A DNA stretch of 64,000 nucleotides, from assembly GCA_963695055.1 (NCBI GenBank), contig CAVOFS010000008.1, forward strand, positions 50,236 through 114,235, given 5' to 3'. Of this stretch, positions 1 through 11,106 are shown piece after piece. Numbering within the stretch: the first letter of the stretch is position 1; every line of letters starts with the position of its first letter. Both the position numbers and the translations under genes were made by a program. Source of the DNA: an uncultured Actinomycetota bacterium (GTDB lineage: Bacteria; Actinomycetota; Actinomycetes; Propionibacteriales; Nocardioidaceae). The notes beneath the pieces were generated by a model. It was given only the letters and a program-made list of their open reading frames with translations, was not told the DNA's origin and did no database searches.

Positions 1-261
1 ACGGTCTCCGGGTCGGTGAAGGTGCCCTGCCTGTCACCCCACAGCTGGCGCGCGGTGTCGACGATCAAGCTCGGGGACGACGACGCCGACTACCCGGGCG
101 ACAAGGTGGTCGAGGCCAAGACCCGCGACTTCTGCTCCGACCAGGTCGGCGCCTACCTGGGCTACCCCGTCGACTACGACTTCGGCTACACGTGGTTCCA
201 CGAGGCCGAGTGGCAGGCGGGCAACCGGCGTTCGGTGTGCTGGGCCAAGACCGAGCAATGA
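1..261 (+). CDS. Septum-formation-family (Cys-rich) protein, 3' end only
   Basis: C-x-x-x-HSWRAV...YPG...C...W..G.R.SVCW pattern parallels the C-terminus of the next gene. Stop overlaps the next ATG (ATGA). Confidence 0.6.
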   Translation, partial: TVSGSVKVPCLSPHSWRAVSTIKLGDDDADYPGDKVVEAKTRDFCSDQVGAYLGYPVDYDFGYTWFHEAEWQAGNRRSVCWAKTEQ

Positions 262-1100
262 CCCCGGCAGTACCCCGCCTGCTGGCCTGCTCCGCCGTCC
301 TGCTGCTCGCGCTCAGCGGCTGCGGCGGCGGCTCCGACGAGCCTGACCCCCCGGCGCCGTCGTCGCCCAGCGTCGCGACCTCCTCCCCGCCCGCCCCGAC
401 GGCGAGCGCGGCACCGGCGCCCGACACGAAGGCCTGCCACGACCTCACCTATGACGAGGCGGTCGCGCCGACCGAGGACTCCGCCCCGGTCCCCTGCACC
501 GGTCCGCACACCGCGATCACCTTCGCCGTCGGCGAGCTGGACACCCTCCTTGACGGGCACCTGCTGGCCGTTGACTCCGATCTGGTGCAGGAGCGGGTCT
601 CAACGAGCTGTCCGGCCCAGCTGGCGGACTTCCTCGGGGGTACGCCGGAGGACCGGCAGCTGAGCATGCTGCGGTCGGTGTGGTTCACCCCCACCATCGA
701 GGAGTCGGACGCCGGCGCCGGCTGGTACCGCTGCGACGTGACCGCCCTCGCGGCTGACGAGAAGCTCGCACCGCTCACGGGTCGACTGGCCGGCGTGCTC
801 GACCGGCCCGAGGATGCGGCGCGCTACGCGATGTGCGGCACCGCCGAGCCCGGCAGCCCCGACTTCGCTCGAGTGATCTGCTCGGCCGACCACACCTGGC
901 GGGCGATCGCGACGGTCCCGTTCCGCGGCGACGACTTCCCCGGCCTCCCGACCGTCCGTGACGATGGTCAGCAGCGGTGCGAGGACATCGCGCGTGGGCG
1001 GGCCGACGATGCGCTGAACTTCAAGTGGGGCTACGAGTGGCCGACAGCTGAGCAGTGGTCGGACGGACAGCACTACGGGCTCTGCTGGGCACCGGACTGA
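258..1100 (+). CDS. Septum-formation-family lipoprotein
   Basis: Lipobox LSGC, Pro/Ser linker, Cys-rich repeats (VPCTGPHT, WYRCDV, CSADHTWRA, YGLCW). Confidence 0.7.
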   Translation: MTPAVPRLLACSAVLLLALSGCGGGSDEPDPPAPSSPSVATSSPPAPTASAAPAPDTKACHDLTYDEAVAPTEDSAPVPCTGPHTAITFAVGELDTLLDGHLLAVDSDLVQERVSTSCPAQLADFLGGTPEDRQLSMLRSVWFTPTIEESDAGAGWYRCDVTALAADEKLAPLTGRLAGVLDRPEDAARYAMCGTAEPGSPDFARVICSADHTWRAIATVPFRGDDFPGLPTVRDDGQQRCEDIARGRADDALNFKWGYEWPTAEQWSDGQHYGLCWAPD

Positions 1101-1474
1101 AGCTCGGCCGCCATCAGCTCCATCAGCTTGTGCAGCGCCTTGACCGGGCGGACCATCACCGTGAACTCGACCAGCTTGCCGTCGTCGTTCCACGCCAGCA
1201 TGTCGACGCCGTGCACCGTCAGCCCGTCGAGCTCGGCGCGGAACTCGAGGACGGCCGAGCCGTCGGCGTACCACTGACGGTCGTACTGCAGCGTCGGGCC
1301 GAGGACGACGATCGCCGCGGAGAGGTACGCCGTGGTCAGCGCTCTGCCCTCCTGCGGGGTGTGCACGGCCGGCGAGCGGAAGACGACCTCGTCGTCGAGC
1401 AGGTCGGCGAGACCGGCCGGGTCGCGCGACTCGGCGATCTGGTGCCACCGGGCGACCGGCGACGGCATGGTCAT
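1073..1474 (-). CDS. NTF2/SnoaL-like protein
   Basis: C-terminal part of ORF 1073..2518: LLDDEVVFRSPAVHTPQEG...HGVDML.WNDDGKL.EFTVMVRP. ATG abuts the era stop. Confidence 0.85.
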   Translation of the reverse strand: MTMPSPVARWHQIAESRDPAGLADLLDDEVVFRSPAVHTPQEGRALTTAYLSAAIVVLGPTLQYDRQWYADGSAVLEFRAELDGLTVHGVDMLAWNDDGKLVEFTVMVRPVKALHKLMELMAAELQSGAQQSP

Positions 1475-2400
1475 CAGAACCCCAGCTTGCGGAGCTGGCG
1501 CGGGTCGCGCTGCCAGTCCTTGGCGATCTTGACGTGCAGGTCGAGGTAGACCGGGGTGCCGAGCAGCGCCTCGATCTGCTTGCGCGCGGTCGTGCCGATC
1601 GTCTTGAGCCGGGCGCCCTTGTGGCCGATCATGATGCCCTTCTGGGAGTCGCGCTCGACGTAGAGGTTGGCGTGGATGTCGAGCAGCGGCTTGTCCTCGG
1701 GCCGGTCCTCGCGCAGCCCCATCTCCTCGACCACGACTGCGATCGAGTGCGGCAGCTCGTCGCGCACGCCCTCGAGCGCGGCCTCGCGGATCAGCTCGGC
1801 CACGAGGATCTCCTCGGGGGCGTCGGTGAGGTCGCCGTCCGGGTAGAGCTGCGGACCCTCCGGGAGCAGCCCGACGAGCAGGTCCTGGAGCAGCGCGACC
1901 TGGTCGCCCGACTTGGCCGACACCGGCACGATCTCGGCCCACTCGGTGCCGGTCTCGGCGCCGAGCTTCTGGATGTCGAGCAGGTGCTGGCCGATCTGCT
2001 CGGGGGTGGCCAGGTCGGTCTTGGTGGCGATCGCGACCTTCATGGTGCGCTTGATCTTCGCCATCTCGTTGACGATGAACCGGTCGCCGGGACCGATCTT
2101 CTCGTTCGCCGGGAAGCAGACCGCGACCACGTCGACCTCGCCGAGCGTGGTCTTCACCAGGTCGTTGAGCCGCTCGCCGAGCAGGGTGCGCGGCCGGTGC
2201 AGTCCAGGGGTGTCGACGAGGATCAGCTGGGCGTCCTGGCGGTGCACGATGCCGCGCACGACGGTCCGCGTGGTCTGCGGCTTGTCGGAGGTGATCACGA
2301 CCTTGGTGCCGACCAGGGCGTTGGTCAGCGTCGACTTGCCGGCGTTGGGCCGCCCGACGAAGGACACGAACCCGCTCTTGTGCTCCGGTGGTTGGCTCAT
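1474..2400 (-). CDS. era: GTPase Era
   Basis: GRPNAGKST, PQTTR, DTPG, TKTD and KH-domain GIMIGHKG motifs. Confidence 0.98.
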   Translation of the reverse strand: MSQPPEHKSGFVSFVGRPNAGKSTLTNALVGTKVVITSDKPQTTRTVVRGIVHRQDAQLILVDTPGLHRPRTLLGERLNDLVKTTLGEVDVVAVCFPANEKIGPGDRFIVNEMAKIKRTMKVAIATKTDLATPEQIGQHLLDIQKLGAETGTEWAEIVPVSAKSGDQVALLQDLLVGLLPEGPQLYPDGDLTDAPEEILVAELIREAALEGVRDELPHSIAVVVEEMGLREDRPEDKPLLDIHANLYVERDSQKGIMIGHKGARLKTIGTTARKQIEALLGTPVYLDLHVKIAKDWQRDPRQLRKLGF

Positions 2401-3178
2401 GCGTCCCTCGCCTCGTCGTACTCGGCCCAGATCTGTTCGTCACTCTTGCCTGCGGCCTTGCCGGCCCGGTAGATCGGACCCGGGTCGACGGCACGCGGCT
2501 GGCGCTGGGCGACACCACGCCAGTAGCCCATCACGTCGTACGCCGAGCTCGGCAATCGACGCTCGCGCATCAGGTGCTTGCGGATCGCGCGCATCTGCGC
2601 GGACTCCCCCGCCATCCAGAAGTAGCCGTCGCCGGCCGGCCAGTCGATCCCCTCGACCACCTCGGCGAGCCGGCTCTGCCCGGCACCGGGTGGGGCCAGC
2701 CAGGTGACGTCGGCGCCGGGCAGGTAGGCAGTCAGGTCGTCGGGGACCTCGGCCCAGATCCGGACATCGTGAGTCCGACCGTCGAGTCCGACCGTCTCCC
2801 TGATCCGGGCCATCGCCGGCAGCGCGGTGAGGTCGCCGACCAGGATCAGCCAGGCGGCGTCGGCGGGCATCGCGAACGAGCCCTTGGGCTCGGTGACGGT
2901 CACCGTCTCGCCGGTCACGTCCCGGGCCGCCCACTCGGTGACCAGGCCGACGTCGTGCACCACGACGTCGAGGGTCAGCTCACCCTCGGCCCAGGACCGG
3001 ACCGTGTAGTAGCGGCTCTGGAACTGCCCGGGCACGATCAGCCCGACCCACTCGTCGGGGATGCCGGTGCTGGCGAACCCGGCCAGGCCGGGACCTCCGA
3101 GCGTCAGCCGGACCAGGTGGTCGGAGAGCTGGTCGCGGCGCAGCACCTGCGCGTCGTACTGGCTGGCCCGGTGCTCAC
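2397..3178 (-). CDS. Siderophore-interacting FAD-binding protein (ViuB-like); 1 indel near the start
   Basis: RYYTVR, GDLTALPA, WMAGES and GYW motifs. Confidence 0.85.
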
Positions 3179-3203
3179 CGCTCCACGTTATCGGTCACGG
3201 TCG

Positions 3204-4471
3204 TCAGAACGTGTGGCGCAGCGGGTAGCCGCTGTCGCCGTCGTCGGTCTTCGTCGCGAGCACGTGGTGGAGCTGGATCTCGTTGCGCTCGAAGCCGAGC
3301 CGGGAGCCGGCCATGTAGAGGCCCCACACCCGCGCGGTGCCTTCGCCGACCTCGGCGACGCACTCGTCCCAGTTCTCGACGAGGTTGCGGCACCAGCCGG
3401 CGAGGGTCTTGGCGTAGTGGACGCGGATGTTCTCCTCGTGCTGCACCTCGAGCCCGGCGTTCTGCACCTCGGTGATGATCTTGCCGGAGCCGATCAGCTC
3501 ACCGTCGGGGAAGACGTAGCGGTCGATGAACGCGCCGGTCTCGGTCGGCTTGTTGTCGTGGCGGGTGATGCAGTGGTTGAGCAGCCGGCCCTGCGGCCTC
3601 AGGTGGTCGTGGATGAAGGCGAAGTACGCCGGGTAGTTCTTGACCCCGATGTGCTCGGTCAGGCCGATCGAGGAGATCGCGTCGAAGTCGGTCTCCTCGA
3701 CGTGCCGGTAGTCCATGAACCGGACCTCGGCGAGGTGGTCGAGCCCCTCCTCCTTGATCGCCTGCTGGGCCCACGCCGCCTGCTCGCGCGAGAGCGTGAC
3801 GCCGAGCGCCTTCACGCCGTACTCGCGGGCCGCGTGGCGGACCATGCCGCCCCAGCCGCAGCCGAGGTCGAGCAGCCGCTGGCCGGGCTGGAGGTCGAGC
3901 TTGCGGGCGACCAGGTCGTACTTCGCCGTCTGCGCCTCCTCGAGCGTGGCGTCCTCGGTCGGGAAGAGCGCGCAGGTGTAGGTCATCGACGGGCCGAGGA
4001 CCATCTCGTAGAAGCGGTTGGAGACGTCGTAGTGGTGGTGGATCGCCTCGGCGTCGCGCTCCATCGAGTGCCGCACGCCCTCCAGCAGCCGGCGCCAGCG
4101 CGGCAGGTGCTCCTGCGGCGGCGGCGGCGGGGGCTTGAGGTGCGAGATGCCCAGCCCGCGCACCAGGGTCAGCGCCTCGACGGGCGACGGGGCGCGGAAG
4201 CGCAGGTTGCTCTGCAGCGAGCGTCAGCACGTCGTACGGGTCACCCGGGTGGACGCCGTGCAGCTCGAGGTCGCCGGCGACGTAGGCGCGGGCGAAGCCG
4301 AGGTCGCCCGGCGCGGTCAGGAGGTAGGACAGGCCGCGCTCGTTGAGCAGGTCGACGTGGATCGCGGCGTCCGCCGGACCGGTCGCGCTGCCGTCGTAGG
4401 CCGTGAAGCGCACGGGCATCCCTTCGCGGAGCAGTCGAGCCCACTGCATCTCCGATGCTGATCGTGCTCAT
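3204..4471 (-). CDS. Cyclopropane-fatty-acyl-phospholipid synthase family methyltransferase (TmsB/BfaB/Rv3720-like); frameshifted
   Basis: HYDVSNRFY, SMTYTCA, LDLGCGWG, IDRYVFPDG. N-terminus is in another frame (RFTAYDGS...APGDLGFARAY). Confidence 0.9.
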
Positions 4472-5831
4472 CGTCTCTTCACCGCCTTGTCGTAGAGGCT
4501 GATCAGCCTGTCCTCTGGGTCGTAACGGCTCTTGACGGCGGCCAGGTTGGCGCCGTCGTAGAGCCGGTCGAAGGTCTCGCGGTCGTAGAACGCCTCGGAG
4601 TAGAGCGACTTGTGACCGCCGAGCTCGTGCACCTTGGCCTCGATCGCGCGGTTGAGCGGGCCCTCGGCGGCGTCGGGACCGACGTGCACGGTGCCCCAGA
4701 AGCCGACGTTGACGTAGGTCGCGCCCGGGGCCAGCGGGTAGGTCGGCCAGGCCCGCGTCCGGCTGCCAGCGGGCACAGCCACACCGGACGCATCCCGACC
4801 TCGTCGTCGAACCACTCCAGGAACTCCGGCAGCCGCTCGACCGGCACCTCGACGTCCTGGATGACCCGCTCGCGCTGCGGGCGGCCGGCGCGGCGGTCGA
4901 GGCGGTCGGCGATCGCCGAAGCGCCGGTCGAGGCCGAGCAGCTTCTGGTAGACGTCGCGAGCGGCGGCAGCGGCGCGGCCAGAACCGGCGGATCCTCGGG
5001 TTCTGCGCACCGAACGCGCCCGAGCACCAGAACCAGTCGGTGTCCCAGCGCCACAGGTAGTCGTACATCGTCAGCAGGTCGGTCTCTCGCTGCTGGATCG
5101 ACCGGTAGAAGACCTGCTGGCCCGCGTAGTCGCTCGGTCGTGCCCGCCCTGGTCGGTCCAGCTCGCCAGGGTCAGGTAGTACTCCCCCGGCTCGAAGGCG
5201 ACGCCGTCGAGGCCGTCGACCTGGGCCCCGTCGTAGCGTGCCGGTCTCGACGATCTCGGCGATCGTCTTGGCGAGCAGCCCGGCGTCGTCGAAGCGGACG
5301 TGGCGCAGCTCGACGTACGCCGGGCACCGCCTCGAGCTTGATCCGCAGCCGGGTCGCGTAGCCGAGCGAGCCGTAGGAGTTGGGGAAGGTGTCGAACAGG
5401 TCGTCGCCGGGCCGTGGTCGTGACGACCTCGCCGGCGCCGGTGAAGACGTCCATCTCGAGCACCGACTCGTGCGGCAGGCCGTTGCGGAAGCTGGTCGAC
5501 TCGATGCCGAGGCCGGTGACCGCGCCGCCGAGGGTGATCGTGCGCAGCTGCGGCACGACGTACGGGATCAGGCCGTGCGGCAGCGTCGCGTCGACCAGGT
5601 CCTCGTAGGTGCACATGCCCTGCACGTCGGCGGTCCGCGCGTCGGGGTCGATCGCGATCACGCCGTCGAGCCCGGAGACGTCCAGCCCGGGGGCCGTGGT
5701 CGCCGCTCGGGGGCGGAACAGGTTGGACGTCTTCTTCGCCAGCCGTACCGGCGCACCGGCCGGGATCGCGGCGTACGACGCCCGCAGCCGCTCGACCGCC
5801 GCTCGTGTGCCGGCCACCCACGCAAACTCAC
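4468..5831 (-). CDS. FAD-binding oxidoreductase (TmsA/BfaA/Rv3719-like); several frameshifts
   Basis: RLAKKTSNLFR, VPQLRTITLGGAVTGLGIES, DYLWRWDTDWFWCS, GHKSLYS across frames. Confidence 0.88.
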
Positions 5832-5946
5832 GCCAACGCAACTTACTCCTGCTGCGTATCGGCGTCGTTTCGGCCGTTGAAATTGGACCCGCCAGGTGAC
5901 GCGGGACACGCACTCCGCTGGTCGAGCCGACGGAACGGCAGAGTGG

Positions 5947-6298
5947 TCAGGTGCCGGTGGTCTCCGAGATCGTGCCCTTCGGGTCGCCGAGGTGTACGAC
6001 GACCCCGGCACCGCCGAAGTCGCGCAGCGCGGCGAGGTCGGCGTCGGCCACTGCGGCGCCGGCGGTCAGCACCACCGCGGCCTCGAGCCCCTGGGCCCCG
6101 GAGGCGACCGCCATCGCGACGCAGACACCGAGCGCGGAGACCTGCAGCGACGGCAGGTCGACGGTGGCGGCGGCGTAGGTGCGGCCGTCGGCGTCGCGGA
6201 CCGCGGCGCCCTCGGCGGCCTGGGTGCGCGCCCGGGTGGCGCGGGCCAGGGTGACCAGCTTCTGGTCCTCGGCGGAGAGCTCGGGCAGGTCAGCTCAT
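5947..6298 (-). CDS. Cytidine deaminase-like small protein
   Basis: Manual translation EDQKLVTLARATRAR...EGAAVRDADGRTYAAATV. Usual position downstream of the CBS gene. Not in the ORF track because of an indel at the start. Confidence 0.7.
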
Positions 6299-7598
6299 CG
6301 TCGGACTCCTCGCGTCGTCGTCGATCGGGCTCCGACCCGGCCGATCCGGACGGTGCCGATCTTGTTGCGGCGCCCGGCGGTCTCCTCGGCCGCGAAGCGC
6401 AGCCCGTGGGCCACGACCTGCGAGCCGGGGATCGGGACCAGGCCGAGGTGCTTGGCCATCAGGCCGCCGACGCTGTCGACGTCCTCCTCCTCGACGTCGA
6501 AGCCGAAGAGCTCGTCGAGGTCGTCGATCGGGTAGCGCGACGACACCCGGACCGAGCCGTCGTCGAGCGGCTCGACCTCGATCTCGTCGGCGTCGTACTC
6601 GTCGGTGATCTCGCCGACGATCTCCTCGAGGAGGTCCTCGATGGTGACCAGGCCGGCGGTGCCGCCGTACTCGTCGACGACGACCGCGATGTGCTGGCGC
6701 CGCGCCTGCATCTCGGGGAGCAGGTCGTCGACCGGCTTGGACTCGGGCACCCAGTAGACCGGGCGCATCACCTCGTCGATGCGCTGGGTGAACTCCACGT
6801 CGGGCGCCTCGAAGTCGCGGCGCACGATGTCCTTGAGGTAGGCGACGCCGACGATGTGGTCGAGGTTGTCGTCGATCACCGGCACCCGCGAGAAGCCGCT
6901 GCGCAGGAACAGCGACATCGTCTGGCGCAGGTTCTTGTGGCGCTCGATGAAGACGACGTCGTTGCGCGGCACCATCACCTCGCGGACGGTGGTGTCGCCG
7001 AGCTCGAAGACGGAGTGGATCATCCTGCGCTCGCCGGACTCGATCAGCGCGGACGCCTCGGCGAGGTCGACCAGCTCGCGCAGCTCGGTCTCGGTGGAGA
7101 ACGGGCCCTCGCGGAAGCCCTTGCCGGGCGTGAGCGCGTTGCCGACCAGGATCAGCAGCCGCGGGATCGGGCCGAGCACGGCGGTGACGGTGACCAGCGG
7201 CGGCGGCCGAGGCCAGCGCGACCCGCTCGTCGTGCTGGCGGCCGAGGGTGCGCGGGGCGACGCCGATCGCGACGAACGAGACGACCAGCATCACGCCGAT
7301 CACGGTCAGCAGCGCCGGCCAGCGCTCCCCGTCGAAGGCGTCGAGCACCTGCACGGTGACCAGCACGATCGCCGAGATCTCGCACAGCAGCCGCAGCAGC
7401 AGCGCGGTGTTGAGGTAGCGCGGCGGGTCGTCGAGCATCGTCACCAGCCGCGTGGCACCGGCCGCGCCGGTCGGCGAGCAGCTCCTCGGCGCGGGCGCGG
7501 GAGAACGACGTGAGCGCGGCGTCGGCGGCGGAGAACAGCCCGGCGAGGACGACCAGCGCGGCGGCCGCGAGCAGCAGCCAGACATCACCGCTACTCAC
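6295..7598 (-). CDS. Hemolysin/CorC-type DUF21-CBS transporter-associated protein; frameshifted
   Basis: [40 protein letters not shown]; hydrophobic N-terminus in other frames. Confidence 0.92.
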
Positions 7599-8054
7599 TG
7601 GCGGTCGGAGCCTCGCCAGTCGGCGAGCAGCTCGTCCTGGAGCCCGAACATCTCCTTGTGCTCCTCCGGCTCGGCGTGGTCGTAGCCGAGCAGGTGCAGG
7701 ATGCCGTGGACGGTCAGCAGCTCGAGCTCGGCCTCGGCCGAGTGTCCGGCGGTCGCCGCCTGCTTCGCGGCGATGTCGGGGCAGAGCATCAGGTCGCCGA
7801 GGACGCCCTCCTCGGGCTCCTCGTTGACCAGGCCGGGGCGCAGCTCGTCCATCGGGAAGGCGAGCACGTCGGTCGGACCCTCCTTCTCCATCCACTTCTC
7901 GTTGAGCTCGGCGATGGTGGCCTCGTCGACGGCCTTGATGCAGAGCTCGGCGAGCGGGTGCACCCGCATCCGGTCCATCACGAACCGGCTCAGCCCGGCC
8001 AGCTGCTTGACGTCGAGCTCGACGGCCGGACTCGTTGAGGATCTCGATGCTCAT
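7595..8054 (-). CDS. ybeY: rRNA maturation RNase YbeY; indel near the 5' end
   Basis: [19 protein letters not shown]. Confidence 0.96.
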
Positions 8055-9082
8055 CGGCGCACCTCGCCGGGGCGACCGGGCTGCTGGCTGCCGCGGGCGT
8101 CGAACTCCTCGTAGGCCGCGACGATCTTGCCGACCAGCTTGTGCCGGACCACGTCGTGGGCGGTGAGCCGGTTGAACGAGATGTCCTCGACGTCGTCGAG
8201 GATGTCCTCGATCACCCGCAGGCCGGACTTGGTGCCGCTCGGCAGGTCGACCTGGGTGACGTCACCGGTGACCACGATCTTGGAGCCGAAGCCGAGCCGG
8301 GTGAGGAACATCTTCATCTGCTCGGGCGAGGTGTTCTGCGCCTCGTCGAGGATGATGAACGAGTCGTTGAGCGACCGCCCGCGCATGTAGGCGAGCGGCG
8401 CGACCTCGATGGTGCCGGCGGCCAGCAGCTTGGGGATCGTCTCGGGGTCGATCATGTCGTGCAGCGCGTCGTAGAGCGGGCGCAGGTAGGGGTCGATCTT
8501 CTCGCTGAGCGTGCCGGGCAGGAAGCCGAGCCGCTCCCCCGCCTCGACGGCCGGGCGGGTCAGGATGATCCGGTTGACGTTCTTGGACTGCAGCGCCTGC
8601 ACGGCCTTGGCCATCGCCAGGTAGGTCTTGCCGGTGCCGGCCGGGCCGATGCCGAAGGTGATCGTGTGCTTGTCGATCGCGTCGACGTAGCGCTTCTGGT
8701 TGAGCGTCTTCGGGCGGATCGAGCGGCCGCGGTTGCACAGGATGTTGAGGCTCAGCACGTCGGCCGGGCGCTCGGTGGTCTCGGCGCGCAGCATGGCGAG
8801 CACCCGCTCGACGGTCTCGTTCGTCACGCCCTGACCGGTGCGGATGATGGTGACCAGCTCGTCGAGCAGCCGCTCGGCGAGGGCGATCTCGCCGGGCTCG
8901 CCCTTCATCGTGATCCGGTTGCCGCGCACGTGGATGTCGGCGTCGAAGGCGCCCTCGATGATGCCGAGGTGCTCGTCACCGGGGCCGAGCAGGCTGACCA
9001 TGTTGATGCTGTTGGGGACGACGACGGTGTGCCGCGTGTCGTGGACGGCGGGACGGTCCCCCTGCTGGTTGCTGTCAGTCAT
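8051..9082 (-). CDS. phoH: PhoH-like ATPase
   Basis: GPAGTGKT, RPAVEAGE, RGR, DEAQN. Confidence 0.96.
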   Translation of the reverse strand: MTDSNQQGDRPAVHDTRHTVVVPNSINMVSLLGPGDEHLGIIEGAFDADIHVRGNRITMKGEPGEIALAERLLDELVTIIRTGQGVTNETVERVLAMLRAETTERPADVLSLNILCNRGRSIRPKTLNQKRYVDAIDKHTITFGIGPAGTGKTYLAMAKAVQALQSKNVNRIILTRPAVEAGERLGFLPGTLSEKIDPYLRPLYDALHDMIDPETIPKLLAAGTIEVAPLAYMRGRSLNDSFIILDEAQNTSPEQMKMFLTRLGFGSKIVVTGDVTQVDLPSGTKSGLRVIEDILDDVEDISFNRLTAHDVVRHKLVGKIVAAYEEFDARGSQQPGRPGEVRR

Positions 9083-9201
9083 GGATGCCCGGGCGGGCGG
9101 CCTCTCCGGTAGATGATCGAGGGTCTCCATGCTACGGGAGCACCCGGCGCCGGCCCAGCGAGTTCCGTTCGCCCTGCGCGAGCGCGGCGTACGGTTGCGG
9201 C

Positions 9202-9465
9202 ATGAGCGTGGAGCCGACGTACGACGAGGACGCGTACGACGACCACGACGACGACACCCCGCCGTCCTGGTTCCCCGGCCAGCACCTGCCCGAGGACGCC
9301 CGCCGGATGGGCCTCACCCACCCCGTCCCCGACGGCGCGCTGCTCGACTTCGCCGGGTCGCTCGACGCCGCCAAGCCGCTGCACCGCTTCACCGCCTGGG
9401 CGATGCTGCTGGTCTTCGGCCTGCCGGTGGTGTTCGCCGTGATGCGGTTGTTCTACGCGTTCTGA
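9202..9465 (+). CDS. Small hypothetical membrane protein
   Basis: Acidic N-terminus and C-terminal TM helix; GC-rich third positions. Confidence 0.65.
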   Translation: MSVEPTYDEDAYDDHDDDTPPSWFPGQHLPEDARRMGLTHPVPDGALLDFAGSLDAAKPLHRFTAWAMLLVFGLPVVFAVMRLFYAF

Positions 9466-9480
9466 CGAGGCCCCAGGGGC

Positions 9481-10687
9481 TCAGTCGTCGTAGGCGACCT
9501 GGAGGATGCCGAGGCACATCTCGTCGGTGGTGCCCTCGCCCCAGATGACGTACTTCTCCTGCTGACCCTCGAACGACGGCAGCACGTCACGCAGCCACTG
9601 GACGTGACGGCAGGTGACCTGCACGGTGTCGAAGGGCTCCAGGTGCACCGGGTCGATCGGCTTGGTGCCCTGGTTGTCGAAGTCCCAGACCGGGATGTCG
9701 AGGATGGTCTTCGCGTCCGGCGTGTCCGGGTTGACGACGATCTTGATCGAGCGGCCGAGCAGGTGCATGTGGCCGGCGACGCCGAGGATCGTCATCGGCT
9801 TCCCGACGGTGCGGGTGCAGGTCGTGGTGTTGGACGGCTTCGGCGTCGGTGCCGCAGAGCAGGTGCAGCAGGCTGTTGGTGTTGCCGGCGCTACCGAAGC
9901 GGGAGAGCACGTCGGCCACCGCGGCGTCGCGGTCGCAGAGCGGTCCGTCGTCGTGGTCGGGCCGGCAGGGCATCTCGACCGGCGCGGGCATCAGGTAGGT
10001 GTGCACCGGTGTCAGCGCGGCGCGGCCGGGCATCACGCGGATCTGGGTGGACGAGCGGTCCGGCTCGGCACCGGCGAGCAGGTTGTAGTGGACCTGCATG
10101 ATCATCCGCGAGCCGGGCGCCAGCTTGACGCCGTACCCGTCCTTGGTCAGCGACTCCTTGCCGCCGGGCGCCCAGGCGCCGAGCCAGGAGGCGTCGTCGA
10201 GGTTGGTGAACTCGCCGGAGAGGCCGCTGCCACCGAAGCAGGTCCAGCCCTCGTCGGGCGTCTCGGCGTCGAGGCTCTCGGCCTCGGCCACCTTGTCGGG
10301 CGGGACCTGGAAGAGGATCACGTGGTGGACGACCGAGGGGTTGCCCGGCAGCACGTTGGTGCCGGTGAGCCAGGTGTCCTTGGTGAGGTGCGGGTCGAGC
10401 AGGAAGCAGCGGTAGTCGTCGGTGCCGACGCCGTTCGGCGCTGACGGCGTGTAGTCGGCGTCCATGGTGAGCGTCATCCGCTGCTCACCGTCGCGCAGCG
10501 GGACCAGCTTGGCGGGCTTGATGTCGGCGAGCTGCGAGGCCTGGACCTCGGGCGGGTCGACCGGGTCGAGCAGCTCGACGGGCGAGCCGGTCCGTCGGTC
10601 GGCGTCCTCGGAGACGCAGGCAGCGAGTGGGAGCACCAGCGCGAGGGCGGCGGCGGCCAACACGATCCGGCGCAGGGCGAGGCTCAT
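9481..10687 (-). CDS. Copper type II ascorbate-dependent monooxygenase-like lipoprotein; frameshift near 9845
   Basis: Lipobox LAAC; DDYRCF, VVHHVILF, MQVHYN, AGHMHLLG, WDFDNQ, GEGTTDEMC. Confidence 0.8.
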
Positions 10688-11022
10688 CCGGGTGGCCACG
10701 TCATCGCCCGGCCCGCGAGCACGTGCAGGTGGGTGTGGAAGACGGTCTGCCCGACGCCGGCTCCGGTGTTGAAGACGAGCCGGTAGTCGTCGTGGCCCTC
10801 GGCGGTCGCGACGGCGGCGGCGGTGGTGACCAGCTCGGCGGACGCGACCGGGTCGGCCGCGGCCAGCTCGGCGGCGTTCGCGTAGTGGTCGCGGGGTACG
10901 ACGAGCACGTGCGTCGGCGCCTGGGCGTTGATGTCGCGGAACGCGACGGTCCGCTCGGTGACGTGCACGATGTCGCCCGGGATCTCTCCCGCGACGATCT
11001 TGCAGAACAAGCAGTCCTCCAC
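10684..11022 (-). CDS. Histidine triad (HINT) nucleotide-binding protein
   Basis: DCLFCKI and GQTVFHTHLHV. Confidence 0.95.
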   Translation of the reverse strand: MEDCLFCKIVAGEIPGDIVHVTERTVAFRDINAQAPTHVLVVPRDHYANAAELAAADPVASAELVTTAAAVATAEGHDDYRLVFNTGAGVGQTVFHTHLHVLAGRAMTWPPG

Positions 11023-11070
11023 TGAACGACCTCCTGTGGCGATGGTCTCACCTCGTCGGCACCGACCGCG

Positions 11071-11098
11071 TGTAAACCCCGGGACCGACCTGCGCGTC
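11071..11098 (+). promoter_or_regulatory. Putative ECF autoregulatory promoter (AAC-N17-CGTC)
   Basis: tgtaAAC at 11071-77 and CGTC at 11095-98, 8 nt before the sigma GTG. Resembles actinobacterial SigE-type promoters. Confidence 0.5.
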
Positions 11099-11106
11099 CC
11101 ACTAGC

